Shown: in pieces, positions 27,993-40,720 of the stretch
Numbering within the stretch: the first letter of the stretch is position 1
Layout of the letters: every line of letters starts with the position of its first letter
Source: Octopus vulgaris
Lineage: Eukaryota
Length of the DNA: 64,000 nucleotides
Assembly (NCBI GenBank): GCA_951406725.2
Contig: OX597814.1
Location: 93,620,001-93,684,000 of the forward strand
Direction: 5' to 3'
Program-made: the position numbers and the translations under genes
The notes under the pieces: generated by a model
The model's input: only the letters and a program-made list of their open reading frames with translations
Database searches by the model: none
What the model was told of the DNA's origin: nothing

Positions 27993-30816
27993 GTAAATAA
28001 ATATGCATATCGAAACTTATAATTAACAAATAACTATATAGAAATTAAAAGTTTTACAATAATAATCAAACAAAATTCAACAATATTATTTTTTTAAAAA
28101 TCATGACTTATCTTATCTAATAAAATCTGTTAACTGAATTTTAAACGTAAAAAGTAGGACTATTAAATAGTTGATATTAATCCAGTTTGGCATTCATTTT
28201 TCTACTTTTCCTTTTGCGGTTCCGAGTTCGACTCCCACAACGTTTATCTTCTATGAAGTTCTTTCCATTCAATGAGTACTAACATTATTCTGGAAGTGAT
28301 ATCCATCCATTTCCACAAGCCGCTATTCATGGGAGGATCTTATTGGTTAAGTCCTCAGACACCTCATCGATGTGGCCTTCGCTGGTGGCTGATAGCCATA
28401 CGACTTCCTTAGCGGAGCTGTTCTGGTGGGAAATGAGTCTTATGGCTGATAGCGATATGACCATCAGATATGATGGTCAGTTACGAAATATGAAGACTTC
28501 GGCCGGACGAATAACCAACGCTGGAACAAACAACGGTGGCCTACGAGGGAAAATGGACCAACAAATGACACAGTTGAGTCTTACAAAACCTCTCACAACT
28601 CAATGATGTAGACACAACTAAGCGAGTAAAGGTTCCCTCCAAGTACATCTAATCTGTGCGAGTTAAGTGCATATACCAGTTTTGGATTTGTCACGAATGA
28701 AATCAACAAAAGCTGCAATATGAAAAACTAAAAAATACCCATAACGCATTGTTCATCGCACAGGCTAACAAGGAACGCGTTGGGACCTTAGATAGAGGGT
28801 CCTTTGAAAAAATATATTGCAGTTTGAACCCAACGCTTGTACGAGAAGCAATAAGACTGCAACTTGTCCTGGGAGGTGAAGGTGAAAGCACAAATGTTGC
28901 AGAAATGAAGTGATGTGATTGAAAAATTATTAATATTAGTTAGATGTAGAAATTAATCTATTTGTGAGTATATAATTTTGGTCTGTATATATTGTCTATA
29001 GAGTTATCTATATGAATGTCCATATCGTGTTTGATCTATATGGATTTTCTATATTGTTGTTGTTTAACCTGAGTCGACCTTCATGATAAAAGACAATTCA
29101 ACCTTTGCAATGTCATACTTGATTTCAAAGATTAGGTAATTAGGACTACACAATTCGGTATGTCCTCTTTACTTTCACATCGTTAACAATCAAAAAAGAT
29201 TTTGGATGCTTCCATACCTTTTCTTCTATAGGTGGACATTTCAAACAAAGAAATTTTATCGCTGATTATGTTGTTGCATAGATCCAAGTTAGTCCTGTTT
29301 GAGCAAGCAGGCCTATGGCTACGTAATTTGTCGACCGGAATGTTTGAAGTGGACGTGGACAATAATTTAGTGTCTACCATAAAGTCCTGTCCTTCTTGCG
29401 CTCAGAGCTATGTAAACGAAGTGCAAGCTTCTGTCAGGGCCTACCATGTTGGAAAGATCAAAGATAAGGGCCAAACCAATATGGGTATGCGTAGGGTCAA
29501 CGCTCCTGCATAAGAACAAACCAAAGTTACTGAACCATCAATGACAATTCAAAACCAGAAAGGCCGGGGAAAGAAACGCCTTTCTTCAGGGAAGTATAGG
29601 ATATGGTACAGTAAAATCCGAAAGAAAGCTGCAAGAGAAAACCGGGGATCCAACTGGAAAGATGCAAAAGAGACAGCCTAGAATCTTGAGATATTGTCAT
29701 CAGAAAAGTTACAAAAAGCAGTAATAAAAATGAAACCCAATTTTGAATCCACTTTCCCATATTTTATATTTAATAATTTCGTTACATTTTAATGTCTCAA
29801 GGAAGTTCTAAATCAATTAAATTTAATGGTAATTTGAATTTTGAAGTAATGGGAAAATTAAAACCAAATTGTCCACTTGGTTTCTGAATATAAACTTTCC
29901 GTTTTAGACAATTAATATTTCATAATTATTCTCAGATGCTATGTTTGATTTCCACACTGCCTGCCTTTCCATTTGTCTCTCTATTTACCCCTAACTATTT
30001 GACTATTTAATAAATGATATTATTTTAGGTATTCATGAGTTGACATGTTCCTAATTATACACGCTATGGGACATACATGAGGATATACGGATATCACAAA
30101 ATAGAATGTTGTGAATGACGCAGTGTGGCTGTATGCATTATATTGATAGAGCTTATACGCACAAACACGGTTAAACATACATGTACTAGCGCAAAAGGAT
30201 TTCATACATCCTACAAACAAGGCAATACCGATGGATAAACTCTGCTAATGAAATAAATGAATAATTTAATAAACAGTTCTCTATATTATATGTGTGTATA
30301 CATACATGCATGCATACATACATACATACATACATACATACATAATACATATATATATATATATGGATGGATAGATAGATAGCTAGATAGACAGATGGAT
30401 GGATAGATACACAGATGGATTGACAGGTGGATAGATAGATAGATAGATAGATAGATAGGTATACATATCCCGCTGCTGAGTTTACAACACGCTAACCATT
30501 ATAAGAGCACTAGGTGGATAGACATCATCTGGGCTATAATGACACCGAAAGTTGCCTTTAAGTGGCTGTGCATTAGGAATCGTGAGCTATATAAAGAGAG
30601 GTGCTACCATATGACATACTAATTGGACTCAAGCTGTGGCTTGATCATTCTCGGTTGGGTCACCTGGGTGAGTGTGTCTCATGTTGAAAGACTCGAGACA
30701 CATAATGACTCCAGAAAACAGCTTTGATGGTTTGTCCAAGTTAATCACAAAATGATCTATAGAAAAGTGTGTTTTATGAATATGTATGTATGTGTGTGTG
30801 TGTGTGTGTGTGTATA

Positions 30817-30967
30817 CGCAGGAGTGGGTGTGTGACAGGAAGCTTGCTTCCCAACTACATGGTTCAGTCCCACTGCGTGGCACATTGGGCAAGTGTCTTC
30901 TACTGTATCCTCGGGCCGACTAAAGCTATGTGAGTAGATTTGGTAGACGGAAACTGAAATAAGCCAG

Positions 30968-30970
<3 letters not shown>
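30817..30970 (+). mobile_element. Family-B SINE 5' half
   Basis: Aligns by eye to 6374-6535. Confidence 0.85.
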
Positions 30971-31000
<30 letters not shown>

Positions 31001-31001
<1 letters not shown>

Positions 31002-31478
31002 CCGGAGCGGGCCGAGATCCCCAGCATTGAAGCCATGCTACTGAAGTACCACCTCCGATAGGCAGGGCATGTCTCCAGAATCATCGCCATCCTAAGATTG
31101 CCCTGTTTGCCGAACTCTCCACCGGCCACCGAGTGAGAGGAGCTCCGAGAAAGCGCTACAATGACTGCCTCAAGAAGTCTCTAACAGCATGTCATATTAA
31201 CCACCAATGCTGGTAAGACCTGGCTGCGGACCGTGATGTCTGGCGCCACATGATCTTCAACGCAGTTAGCAAGTTTGAGGAACAAAGAAGAGACGCACTT
31301 AAAGAAAAGAGACGCAGGAGAAAGGCGCGAGCCGCCTGACACCATACCGGATGTTACCTTCGTCTGTGTACACTGCTCACGGACCAGCCTTTCCCATATC
31401 GAACTTGTCAGTCATGAGCGTGCATGCACGCAACGTGGACAGCCTTCCTTATCTTCGTTCGCGAAGCCGAACCATGAG
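31001..31478 (+). mobile_element. RTE-clade LINE 3' fragment (AviRTE/BovB-like C-terminus with CCHC-type finger)
   Basis: Broken frame reads ERAEIPSIEAMLLKYHLR*AGHVSR..HPKIALFAELSTGHRVRGAPRKRYNDCLKKSL...LAADRDVWRH...FVCVHCSRTSLSHIELVSHERAC. It ends TCTTCGTTCGCGAAGCC and is GC-rich relative to its flanks. Confidence 0.88.
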
Positions 31479-31519
31479 GTTGGCTATATCAAAGGATACT
31501 AGCAATGTGTTTTTATTTA

Positions 31520-31945
31520 TTGTTTCAGGGAGGTGATTGAGCATATCTAGGTCCTCCCTTATGTAGCTTTTGATATGCTTGAAGAGTGGTTTTAAGAATT
31601 GTTCTAAAATGTTAATGAGGTGGTGAGTTTCGCATGCGGGGCCTACTATTATGGGTCTTAATTTGCGGTCGTTAGGAGTAGGTACCTTGACTATTATGTC
31701 CGTGGATGCCCTGCATGCGTTACTTATTTTTCACTTATGTGTATCTTGGGAATACCGTAGAATTGACTGGATATGCTATTGAAGTTAGTCATATAGTCGT
31801 ATTCCTTGTCGGTGAGTACTACTCTACATAGGTTTAACATTGTTTTTAGGCTTTTCCTTATTTTCTGCTGATTGTAGTGTTGTATCTTTTCATAATATGT
31901 TATGTCTTATAATATGGATATTGCTAGGGTTGTATAATATACCGT
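31520..31945 (-). mobile_element. Penelope-like element (Neptune-type) reverse transcriptase fragment
   Basis: Minus strand reads LTDKEYDYMTNFNSISSQFYGIPKIH..(frameshift)..KLRPIIVGPACETHHLINILEQFLKPLFKHIKSYIREDLDMLNHLPETI, matching PLE RT motifs 1-2. Confidence 0.85.
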
Positions 31946-32369
31946 GTCCATTAAGACTACTGTACTTCCTTCGTCAACCTCTTTGTTATTATTTATATAA
32001 ATTATATTGTGTATTTGAAATTTGCAGAAAAACAAAAGACGGAGACAGGTAATTAAACAACAAGCAGGTGTATTAGTTTGACTCTTGGGAAAGTGAGAAA
32101 GTCATTTACGCTTCGAGCCTACGCTCCTCAATAGAAAGGAACACGAGGAAATAAGCAGTCAGAGAATGAACAAACTTGTCGATTTAGCGTTCACTAATGG
32201 TGACTGGTTGAGAAAAGGTAGCTGGACAGGAGAGGTAGGAAGAAGGGGAGAAAATAAAGTACTGGTGATCCCAAAACGAAGGTGTGCGTGCATGTGTGTA
32301 TGATGGTGTGTGGGTGTAGAGGTGTGGGGTAGTGTGATATATATGTATATATATATAGATAATATATAA

Positions 32370-32431
<62 letters not shown>

Positions 32432-32440
32432 ATATATGTA

Positions 32441-32472
<32 letters not shown>

Positions 32473-32665
32473 TGTGTGTGTGTGTGTATATGTATGTGTG
32501 TGTGCTATATGTATGTGTGTGTGCTATATGTGTGTGTGTATATGTATGTGTGTGTGCTATATGTGTGTGTGGATGTGTTTGTGTATATATGTGTGTGTGT
32601 ATATGTGTGTGTGTGTGAGTGTGCGTGTATTTGATCAATATGTATATATATATATATATATATAG

Positions 32666-32830
32666 GGCGGCGAGCTGGCAGAATCGTTTGCACGCTGAGT
32701 GAAATGCGTAGCGGTATTTCGCCTGCCATTATGTTCAAATTCCGCCGAGGTCGACTTTGCTTTCACCCTTTCGGGGTCGATTAAATAAGTACCAGTTACG
32801 CATTGGGGCCTATGTAATTGACTTTGTTTG
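32666..32830 (+). mobile_element. Family-A SINE
   Basis: GGCGGCGAGCTGGCAGAATCG...TTCAAATTCCGCCGAGGTCGACTTTGCTTTC...AAGTACCAGTT (Deu/Nin-like central motif). Confidence 0.85.
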
Positions 32831-32867
32831 TCTATCCTTGTTTATTTCCTCTATTTTCTCTTATTCC

Positions 32868-32901
32868 TTTCTATTGAAGAGCGTTGGCTCGAAACGTAAA
32901 A
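32868..32901 (+). ncRNA. Degenerate minimal hammerhead-like motif in PLE-type repeat 32830-32995
   Basis: TTT-CTATTGA-A-GAGC-gttg-GCTC-GAAAC-GTA-AAA. An inverted sister copy lies at 32105-32138. Confidence 0.45.
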
Positions 32902-33002
32902 TACTCTTTCATCTTCTCGAGCGTCAAACTAATACACTTGCTGCTTGTTGTTGATACACACGCCTTCGTTTTATATTTTTCTATAAATTTCAAATACACA
33001 CA

Positions 33003-33064
<62 letters not shown>

Positions 33065-33557
33065 CATTACACATATATGCATGTATATATGTATGTATTT
33101 ATGTATGCATGTATGTGTATTAGCCTTCCTGAGATATGCAAGATTTTAAGAATCTCGGCTTTCTGGTTTACAATTTTGTCATTTCTAATAAATAACATTC
33201 GGTAATACATGACATATTTGTGAAGGAAATGTTAACCTCTTCCAGCTTCTGCAGGATTGATTGGCTTCTGATCAGATACTATAGTTCTGTTTTGTTCGAT
33301 TTTTCTTATTTATATATCTACTGATTTATTTATTTATGTATTTATTTATTTATTTATTTAAGTATTGGAACGTCGTCTTATCGTTTTCTCACGACGGAAA
33401 GAATTGCTTCTAGGAAAATATGCAAAACCAATATTGATTAAGAGCAGATAAGGGTGACAAGTTGACAGATAGGGAATCGGGTTAGACTAAATACCTTGCA
33501 GCATCTATCTATTCCTCAATCATAAATCCCGTTTATTAACTTTATGCGTGTATGTAG

Positions 33558-33608
<51 letters not shown>

Positions 33609-33631
33609 ACTTTATGCGTATATGTAGCTGC

Positions 33632-33662
<31 letters not shown>

Positions 33663-34590
33663 ACATATATACATATATATTTATACATATGCATATATAT
33701 ATATATAAATATCTGTGTATATGTATATACATACACATACATATATACATAGATATACATATGTATGTATATATGTGAGTGAGTGTGTGTGTGTGTGTGT
33801 GTGTGTAGTATATTTGAGAATCTGTACGATAAACGGGTCAATTAAATTGTCAGTCATCTCTATATATTTGCATTTCCCATCACTGATCAGGGAAGTCTCG
33901 AACATATATGGAGATTCATACTATATAGTAACAATAAAAGAAGTTAGTACCATTGCTGGAGCAGATTTTTAAAAATTAACTCTTGACTGGTGAAGCCACA
34001 TAATTACAAATGTACACCACGCATCGGTACATAGCAGTATATATTTTCAGCGGTACTTGAATTTACTGTGAATTATGCCAACAAGGAAGCAAGCGCCATA
34101 ACAGCGATCTTTTGACCAATCCAGCCACGAAAACTTTAAAATACGATGTGTTGCCCTGTTAATTCTAATAAATCTCTTATACTGATTAATTAATTCTTAC
34201 TGCATTCATCTGAGAAAATATCGCAATCGCAATCGCATCTCGTTTTATTTATCTCGAAATTACACGCTCACTTGAATAATTTGGCGTTTGATTTCATTAT
34301 TTAAATCATATTTGAGTCCATCTCTCACTTGGTTATTGCTGAATACCATGTGCATTTGTAATTCATATTTTAAGATCGTTTTCTATGATGAGAATTCTTT
34401 GTCTACTAGTTGTCCAAGTTCTCGTACAGAGAAATTCGATAAACTAGCTGGAGGAAAGAGAGAGGGACGGAATGAAAGAGAATGAAAGTGAAATAGGCGA
34501 CCTTAATTTTACATATGGATCCTTAATGACAATATATAGGACATCGTAAAAACATAGCGTCCGAGAGCAATCAAACAAAAGACGTTCAAC

Positions 34591-34658
<68 letters not shown>

Positions 34659-34784
34659 TGGAAAACAAAAAGAGGATAGGTAAACAGAGAACGAAATGCA
34701 TTCTTGCTAGCATATTTTTTTGTACTATGTCGAGTAAAATATAGTAATAAAATGCTAAGGAGAAAACTCTGTGCGTGTGTGTGT

Positions 34785-34823
<39 letters not shown>

Positions 34824-35949
34824 TGAGAGAGCGTGTGCGTGTGTTATCGTTTAAATAATCAGCACTGTTTTTTTCCTTAGCATTCCACACCCTTTCTTCA
34901 CCACGTCGCCGTTGCTTCACGGTTCTTCGATAAACTGCTTTCTATTTTTCATAAAAAATTATCAACAATTCTAATGCAAACCATTGATCAAATCATTTAA
35001 CGAAACGTGATAATTTGAATTCATCTAAATCTCCTATTTGGCAGTGTACTGGCAAAGCAATGTCAATGAGGATATCCTGTCAGTTGTTTCTTAGCTTTCT
35101 ACTTCAAGACCCCCACCTCCGCCCCAAAAAAATTCTAAGGGAGAAAGATTTTCTCAGTCTCCAGCAATATGGATTGTCTTTGTCAATAACCATCAACTGA
35201 ATGAAACTTTAAGTGTACTCCTAAAATCTGTCATCACCAACAGTTTTCTCAGCACTTCTCTTCTTTTACGAACCACATTCAACTCCCACGGTGTTTGGTT
35301 CTATTAGCTTCTACAATTATTGGAAGAATAGTTCTGAATAAAAACATTAAAACATCTCCCATCATTTACAGGCCATTTGGAACTTGAGTGATGATGATGA
35401 AGAAGCGTTTTTAGTGTGAAACTTCTCTATTTATTAGGCTATGTGGGCTTTCAATATGCTGTATAAGATATCAAGTGGATATTATTTTAGGATTAGAAAA
35501 TAAGATTTAAGGTCACTAAATAGTATTTACAAAGTGCTCACAAGTTTCAGACAGTTGGTGGTTTTCTCACTTTATTTATTTTGGGATCTTTTATGATTAA
35601 AAGAACATCTTATAGCGTATTCTAATTACAAAATCAAAGATGCATAAGCCTTTCTGCACATACTTCTCTTGAAATCCTGGCAGTCTGATTGAAACGGTAC
35701 AATTCCTAAATCTGATATAAGGATACAATGTTTTCGTAATCTTATATTTAGGGTGAAGTGATGTTTGTGTGGTGTCGATGTGCCTTTATAGTCGGCAGAT
35801 AAAATAAGTCTGCTTTCATCATTACGACCAATATTTGAATTTTGAACGTTAGAGACTAGTATTTGTTTTTGTTGTCTCTTAAAGTACTTTATTGCAATAT
35901 AAGAATCGCTTTCCATCACTAATCGATCCCATCGCCTATTTTTGCAGGA

Positions 35950-36800
35950 ACTTTTGTGACTTGTTAACTAACATTTTATCCAGTTTTGATTGAAGTAGCG
36001 TATTATAGTGCATTACAATTTCTCCTTGTAATTCAGTCGATGATAGAGCGTCATGCATGTACGGATAATATTACTGCTGGTGTTAGTAAGTTTATAACTT
36101 CCACACTTGAAATTGAACTTGCAAACCACATTGGTCATTTGTAGCTTGTTTACCTGCTAGTGGTTTGTTAGTGATGAGAAGGATTTTCATTTCAAAGTTT
36201 TTGTACTATATTATTAATGCTAATTAATGGTTTGGCGTCATGCACTTTGGGTTCTAATTTACGAAGGCTTTGACAAAGTAAATGTGCTTATTTGCACACA
36301 TTAAGTTAGAATGTGTGTATTTAATAGGCGTGGTGTCTGACGTATCCGTTGTGTTGTATTTCTTGTATTGTTCTCCAGTTTAGCCTAGTAATTTATTCCA
36401 ATGCCCGTTATTGATCACTGTTTATTTTATTGTGAGTTTATATGTCATGTGCTTCGTTGTAGAGTAGAATCTAAATGCTCATCAAAGTAAGGATTTTAGT
36501 ATTGACATTTTGTATCTGCCTGGGCATTCACTGTCTTTATTATGTAAGTACATTCATTTATTTGTGTTTTGATAAACGAGCGTATTGTTTCCATTGTTCT
36601 TTATCAATAAGTTTATGAATTTTATTTTTATTGTTGTGGATGTAAAATTTTAGTGTAGAGTCGTATTGTAGGTATTTCTTTAATTCCTCGATACCTTCGT
36701 TATTCTGTTACGAAGAAAAAATTGTCCAAAACTTCATCTATATTGTTTTTGTCTTGGGAACATATTGCTGGCTTACGTGGCCGCAGTAGAATGTTTGAAA
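35950..36800 (-). mobile_element. Old Penelope/Poseidon-type PLE relic (RT thumb to GIY-YIG)
   Basis: Broken minus-strand frames give DSECPGRYKMSILKSLL..AFRFYST...VINNG and NVVCKFNFKCG...MTLYHRL, resembling the PLE thumb (SECP.RYK.S.I) and the linker/GIY-YIG. Confidence 0.5.
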
Positions 36801-37211
36801 CGTAGATCCCAAGGCAGAAGAAGCCGTGGTTAATTCAATGTCATGCTTATATTATTTGTCTTATACAATGAAACGAATTTTCGATGGAAAAATTCACTAA
36901 TAACTTATGTAGTAAGTTATAAAAGGTGGTTTCATATACGGGAGTTTCTCTATATTATTTGATATGGTTTCTATTGTTCCTGCCAGTGAGACGTTGGTAA
37001 GCCAGTTTTTTTATATCTAAGCTTTAGATGCTGTTATCTAGCTTCTTGGTTTCGTCAAGAACTTTTCAAATGAATACACATTATATGACGTAGAATATTT
37101 TGGCCAAATATGGCTGGCTCAAAATGCTCAAGGCTTCAAGTGTTCCTATTTAAATGAAAAGAATCTCTGCAAATTATTTTATGTGTTTCTATTGGTTAAC
37201 GATCTTGCACA

Positions 37212-37248
<37 letters not shown>

Positions 37249-37329
37249 ACACACACATACACGCACACACACGCACACACACACACACACACAAGCACAC
37301 ACACAAACACACACACATATATATATCAT

Positions 37330-37520
37330 TACCATCATCATTTAACGTCCATTTTCTATGCTGGCTTGGGTTGGACAGTTTGACAGAAACTGACAAGCTG
37401 AAGGGTTGTTTAGGCTCCATGTCTGTTTTGGCATAGATTCTGCGGCTGGATGCCTTTCCTAACGCCAACAGCTTTATAGAGTGTATTGGGTGCCTTTACG
37501 CAGCACCGGTACGAGTACTT
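37330..37520 (-). mobile_element. RTE-tail-bearing SINE or LINE 3' end
   Basis: ATCATCATTTAACGTCCATTTTCTATGCTGGC..GGGTTGG and GGCTGGATGCCTTTCCTAACGCCAAC; (GAT)n-type tail on the minus strand. Confidence 0.55.
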
Positions 37521-37954
37521 TATACGTGGTACCAGCACTTACGAGATCGCAAGATTAGGGATGCATAGCTAGAGAGGGTTGGAAGGGATTAGCCTGCATG
37601 CAAGGGCAGCGACCCTTTTTACTTAGCTTGACGGGATTTTGAAGCACAGCAAACAAAGATATATATATATATATATATTAAATTAGAGATAAAACCACTA
37701 TTAGGCAAAGCAAACAGTGAAAAACATAAACCAAAACATTTTTATTTTTATGTTTTGATTTATGTTTTTCACTGTTTGATTTGCCTAATAGTGGTTTTAT
37801 CTCTAATTTAATTTATATTTATACTGTGAAATTAGATTTAATCCTAAATCTAATTTTCCCCTGTAAGTTTGGATTTACTCCCTAATATATATATATTAGG
37901 GAGTAAATCCAAATTAATTAAAATGTTATGACCACTCATATGTGTGTATGTATG

Positions 37955-38011
<57 letters not shown>

Positions 38012-38090
38012 GTATATATACATACATACATACAAACATATATACATACATACACACATACATACATACATACATACATACATACATACA

Positions 38091-38121
<31 letters not shown>

Positions 38122-38154
38122 GAGTGGTCATAACATTTTAATTAATCGGCGTAG

Positions 38155-38385
38155 GTACTCTAAATTGCGCATGTTGGCCAATCAACCTAATCTTCCTCAC
38201 AAAAAAATGAATTTGTGCCATCCTTGAACCGAACCAAACTTCCGAATCCTCTCTGGAAAGATTCAGTATGCAGTTTTGTAAACACTTCATCTTGATTTCT
38301 AATCGTTGTCCTCGAAGACCGTACATTATTTGATCGAACAAATGGAAGTTGGAGGAGGGCGGATTCGTTTGGCCTGTTGTCACGG
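38155..38385 (-). mobile_element. mariner transposase C-terminal relic
   Basis: PPSSNFHLFDQIMYGLRGQRL...FFVRKIRL resembles APSDFHLF.PLK..LRG.RF. Confidence 0.55.
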
Positions 38386-39919
38386 ATTAAGCAACATTTG
38401 CGTATGAACGTATGATAATGCCAAACACGTTTATTTGATGATAGAGGCTATGAGGCTCGGTATTTACTTTGAGAAATGTTACGTCAGTTTTCTTCAGAAC
38501 GTTTTGTGCCATCTTCGTGTTGTGTGGCAGGCATTTCCTGTATCGTAAAATTTGATGTTTGATACTGTGAAAGCGTGTTGAAATTATGCTTTACGTTAAG
38601 AGAGTTATTCTAATCATAGTAATATATGTACATATATACTCATGCACACACGCACACACACACACACATACACACACATGCATGGAAACACACATACACA
38701 AACAAGCGTACAATTAGGTGCGTGTGTGTGTGTATATATATATGCCTGTGTGTGTTAACCACACGCTAAATGAAAGCGACACGTTATAAATTGATAAAAG
38801 CGAAAACATAAGAGATGCACACAAACACACACAGCGCATATACAAGGGTCGGATACCAACAAACATGAATACAAGTGAGTCCAGTATATGAAGAGCTAAT
38901 TAGCATTAGATAGCCAATATGGTAGATTATTGGCCTTAATTAGTTTAATTGCATCTGAAGTATACCATTACCTCTTATGAGTTTGTTTTATCTAATAAGT
39001 GTTATAATCAGTATAACATAAACTCAAGCACATGGAATAGTTCTTTAACAATTTCTTACTTTGAATTTTCTATTTGCTCATAAGGGATTATATAAATAAC
39101 TTAAATGATGTTGACAATCAAATTAGCTATTGCTAACCCCCTCCACTTTCCTTTTAACAAGAAAGTTCAAATATTAATGCAATACAATATTGGGGTTATG
39201 GCTGATTTTCCTTTCCTTTACTTCGTTTTATAAGAGATGTCAGATGTTTCGTACCCCAAAACAAAATACTGCTAAAATGAATAAGTAATTAAAGAAGGAA
39301 AGGAAGGAAGAAAGTATGTAGTTTGAAAGTTGCATAAAAGCAACAAATATCTTACAAATAGCCATGATTTTAAATGTTAATTCTTAAGAAATATACTTTG
39401 AATGATATTTGTACTGACATTTTTAATTATATTTAGCTATAATAGTCTATGTTTTTCAAATATCAAAGGGCCTCTAAGAAGAAGCATAACAAACAAGCAA
39501 GCACGCAAATATCTCAAACAATAACATCATCAACTAAAAATGAATTTATTGTTTCATTAAAATGAATGTATTATGGTTAGGTATAACAAAATGAAGACAT
39601 TTTGAAAATAAATGATAGAAAATATACAATAAAACTGAAAATTTATATTCATTTTGTTCATTATGCCACAAAACGCCACATTGCTTTTAGTAATTTGTTG
39701 CTCTCCGGAAAATCGAATTATTGAAATTCAAATGAAAGACATAATACAAGATATGACATAGGCATGAAATGATTGAACAATGATATATCAATGAATAAAT
39801 TACAGTTAATTGATAGAGCTGGAACCCGTGCAATTATTAAGTTAGTTATTGATACATTAGAGGAGATAAAGGCAGAACGGGTAAGGCAAAAGCAAGATTC
39901 ATCGCTGTACTTAATTAGA

Positions 39920-40720
39920 CTTTCTGCCGAATGTATCCGAACTCGAGTTGATTTTGCTTTACATCCATTAGGTGTCGATAAAACGGAAGTACTAGTAACA
40001 TATTGGTTCTATATAAGGCGGCGAGCTGGCAGAATCGATAGCATGCTGGGTAAAATGTTTAGCGGCATTTCCTCCCATCTTCACGTTCTGAGTTCAGATC
40101 CCTCGAGGTCGACTTTCCTTTCATTCTTTAGGAGTCGATAAAATAAATATCATTTGAGTACCGGGGTTAATGTAATCGACTTACCCCTCCCTCGAAATTG
40201 CTGGCTTTGTGCTAAAATTTGAAACTAATATTTTAGTTCTATTAAATCAATTAGAATCCCACTCACGAATACCCAACGTCTCATTGCCTTCCATTATAAA
40301 ACTAAACTGATTTAGATAAGACAAGCCGCAAATAAGTTTATATTTAAAACTCTTGAATCTTATTATTATTATGCTGAAGGCAGCGAGCTGGCTGAGTCGT
40401 TAGCATGCTAGTTGAAATAGTTAGCGGTATTTCACCCGTCGCTACGTTCTGAGTTCAAATTCCGCCGGGGTCGATAAATTAACTGCCTAAAACTTCAGGT
40501 ATTGTGCCTATAATAGGAAAGAATCGTTAGCCCTCCGGGCAAAATGTTTGGCAGCATTTCGTCCATCTTTACGTTTTAAGTTCAAATTCCGCCGAGGTCG
40601 ATTTTGCTTTTCATCCTTTCGAGGTAGATAAAATGAATACCAGTTGAACACTGGGGTCGATGTAATTAACTTAACCCCTCCCCTAACTTGCTAACCTTGT
40701 TCTGAAATTTGAAATCATTA
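39920..40720 (+). mobile_element. Cluster of 3-4 tandem family-A SINE copies (40016-40230, 40378-40520, 40521-40720, partial 39920-40005)
   Basis: Repeated GCGAGCTGGC.GA.TCG heads and CTTTCATCCTTTC..GGTCGATAAAAT cores, all on the same strand. Confidence 0.85.

Noticed and set aside
29232-29513. Gypsy integrase zinc-finger-like (VDNNLVSTIKSCPSCAQ)
   Set aside because: Only a CxxC with weak context; no HHCC partner, RT or LTRs seen.
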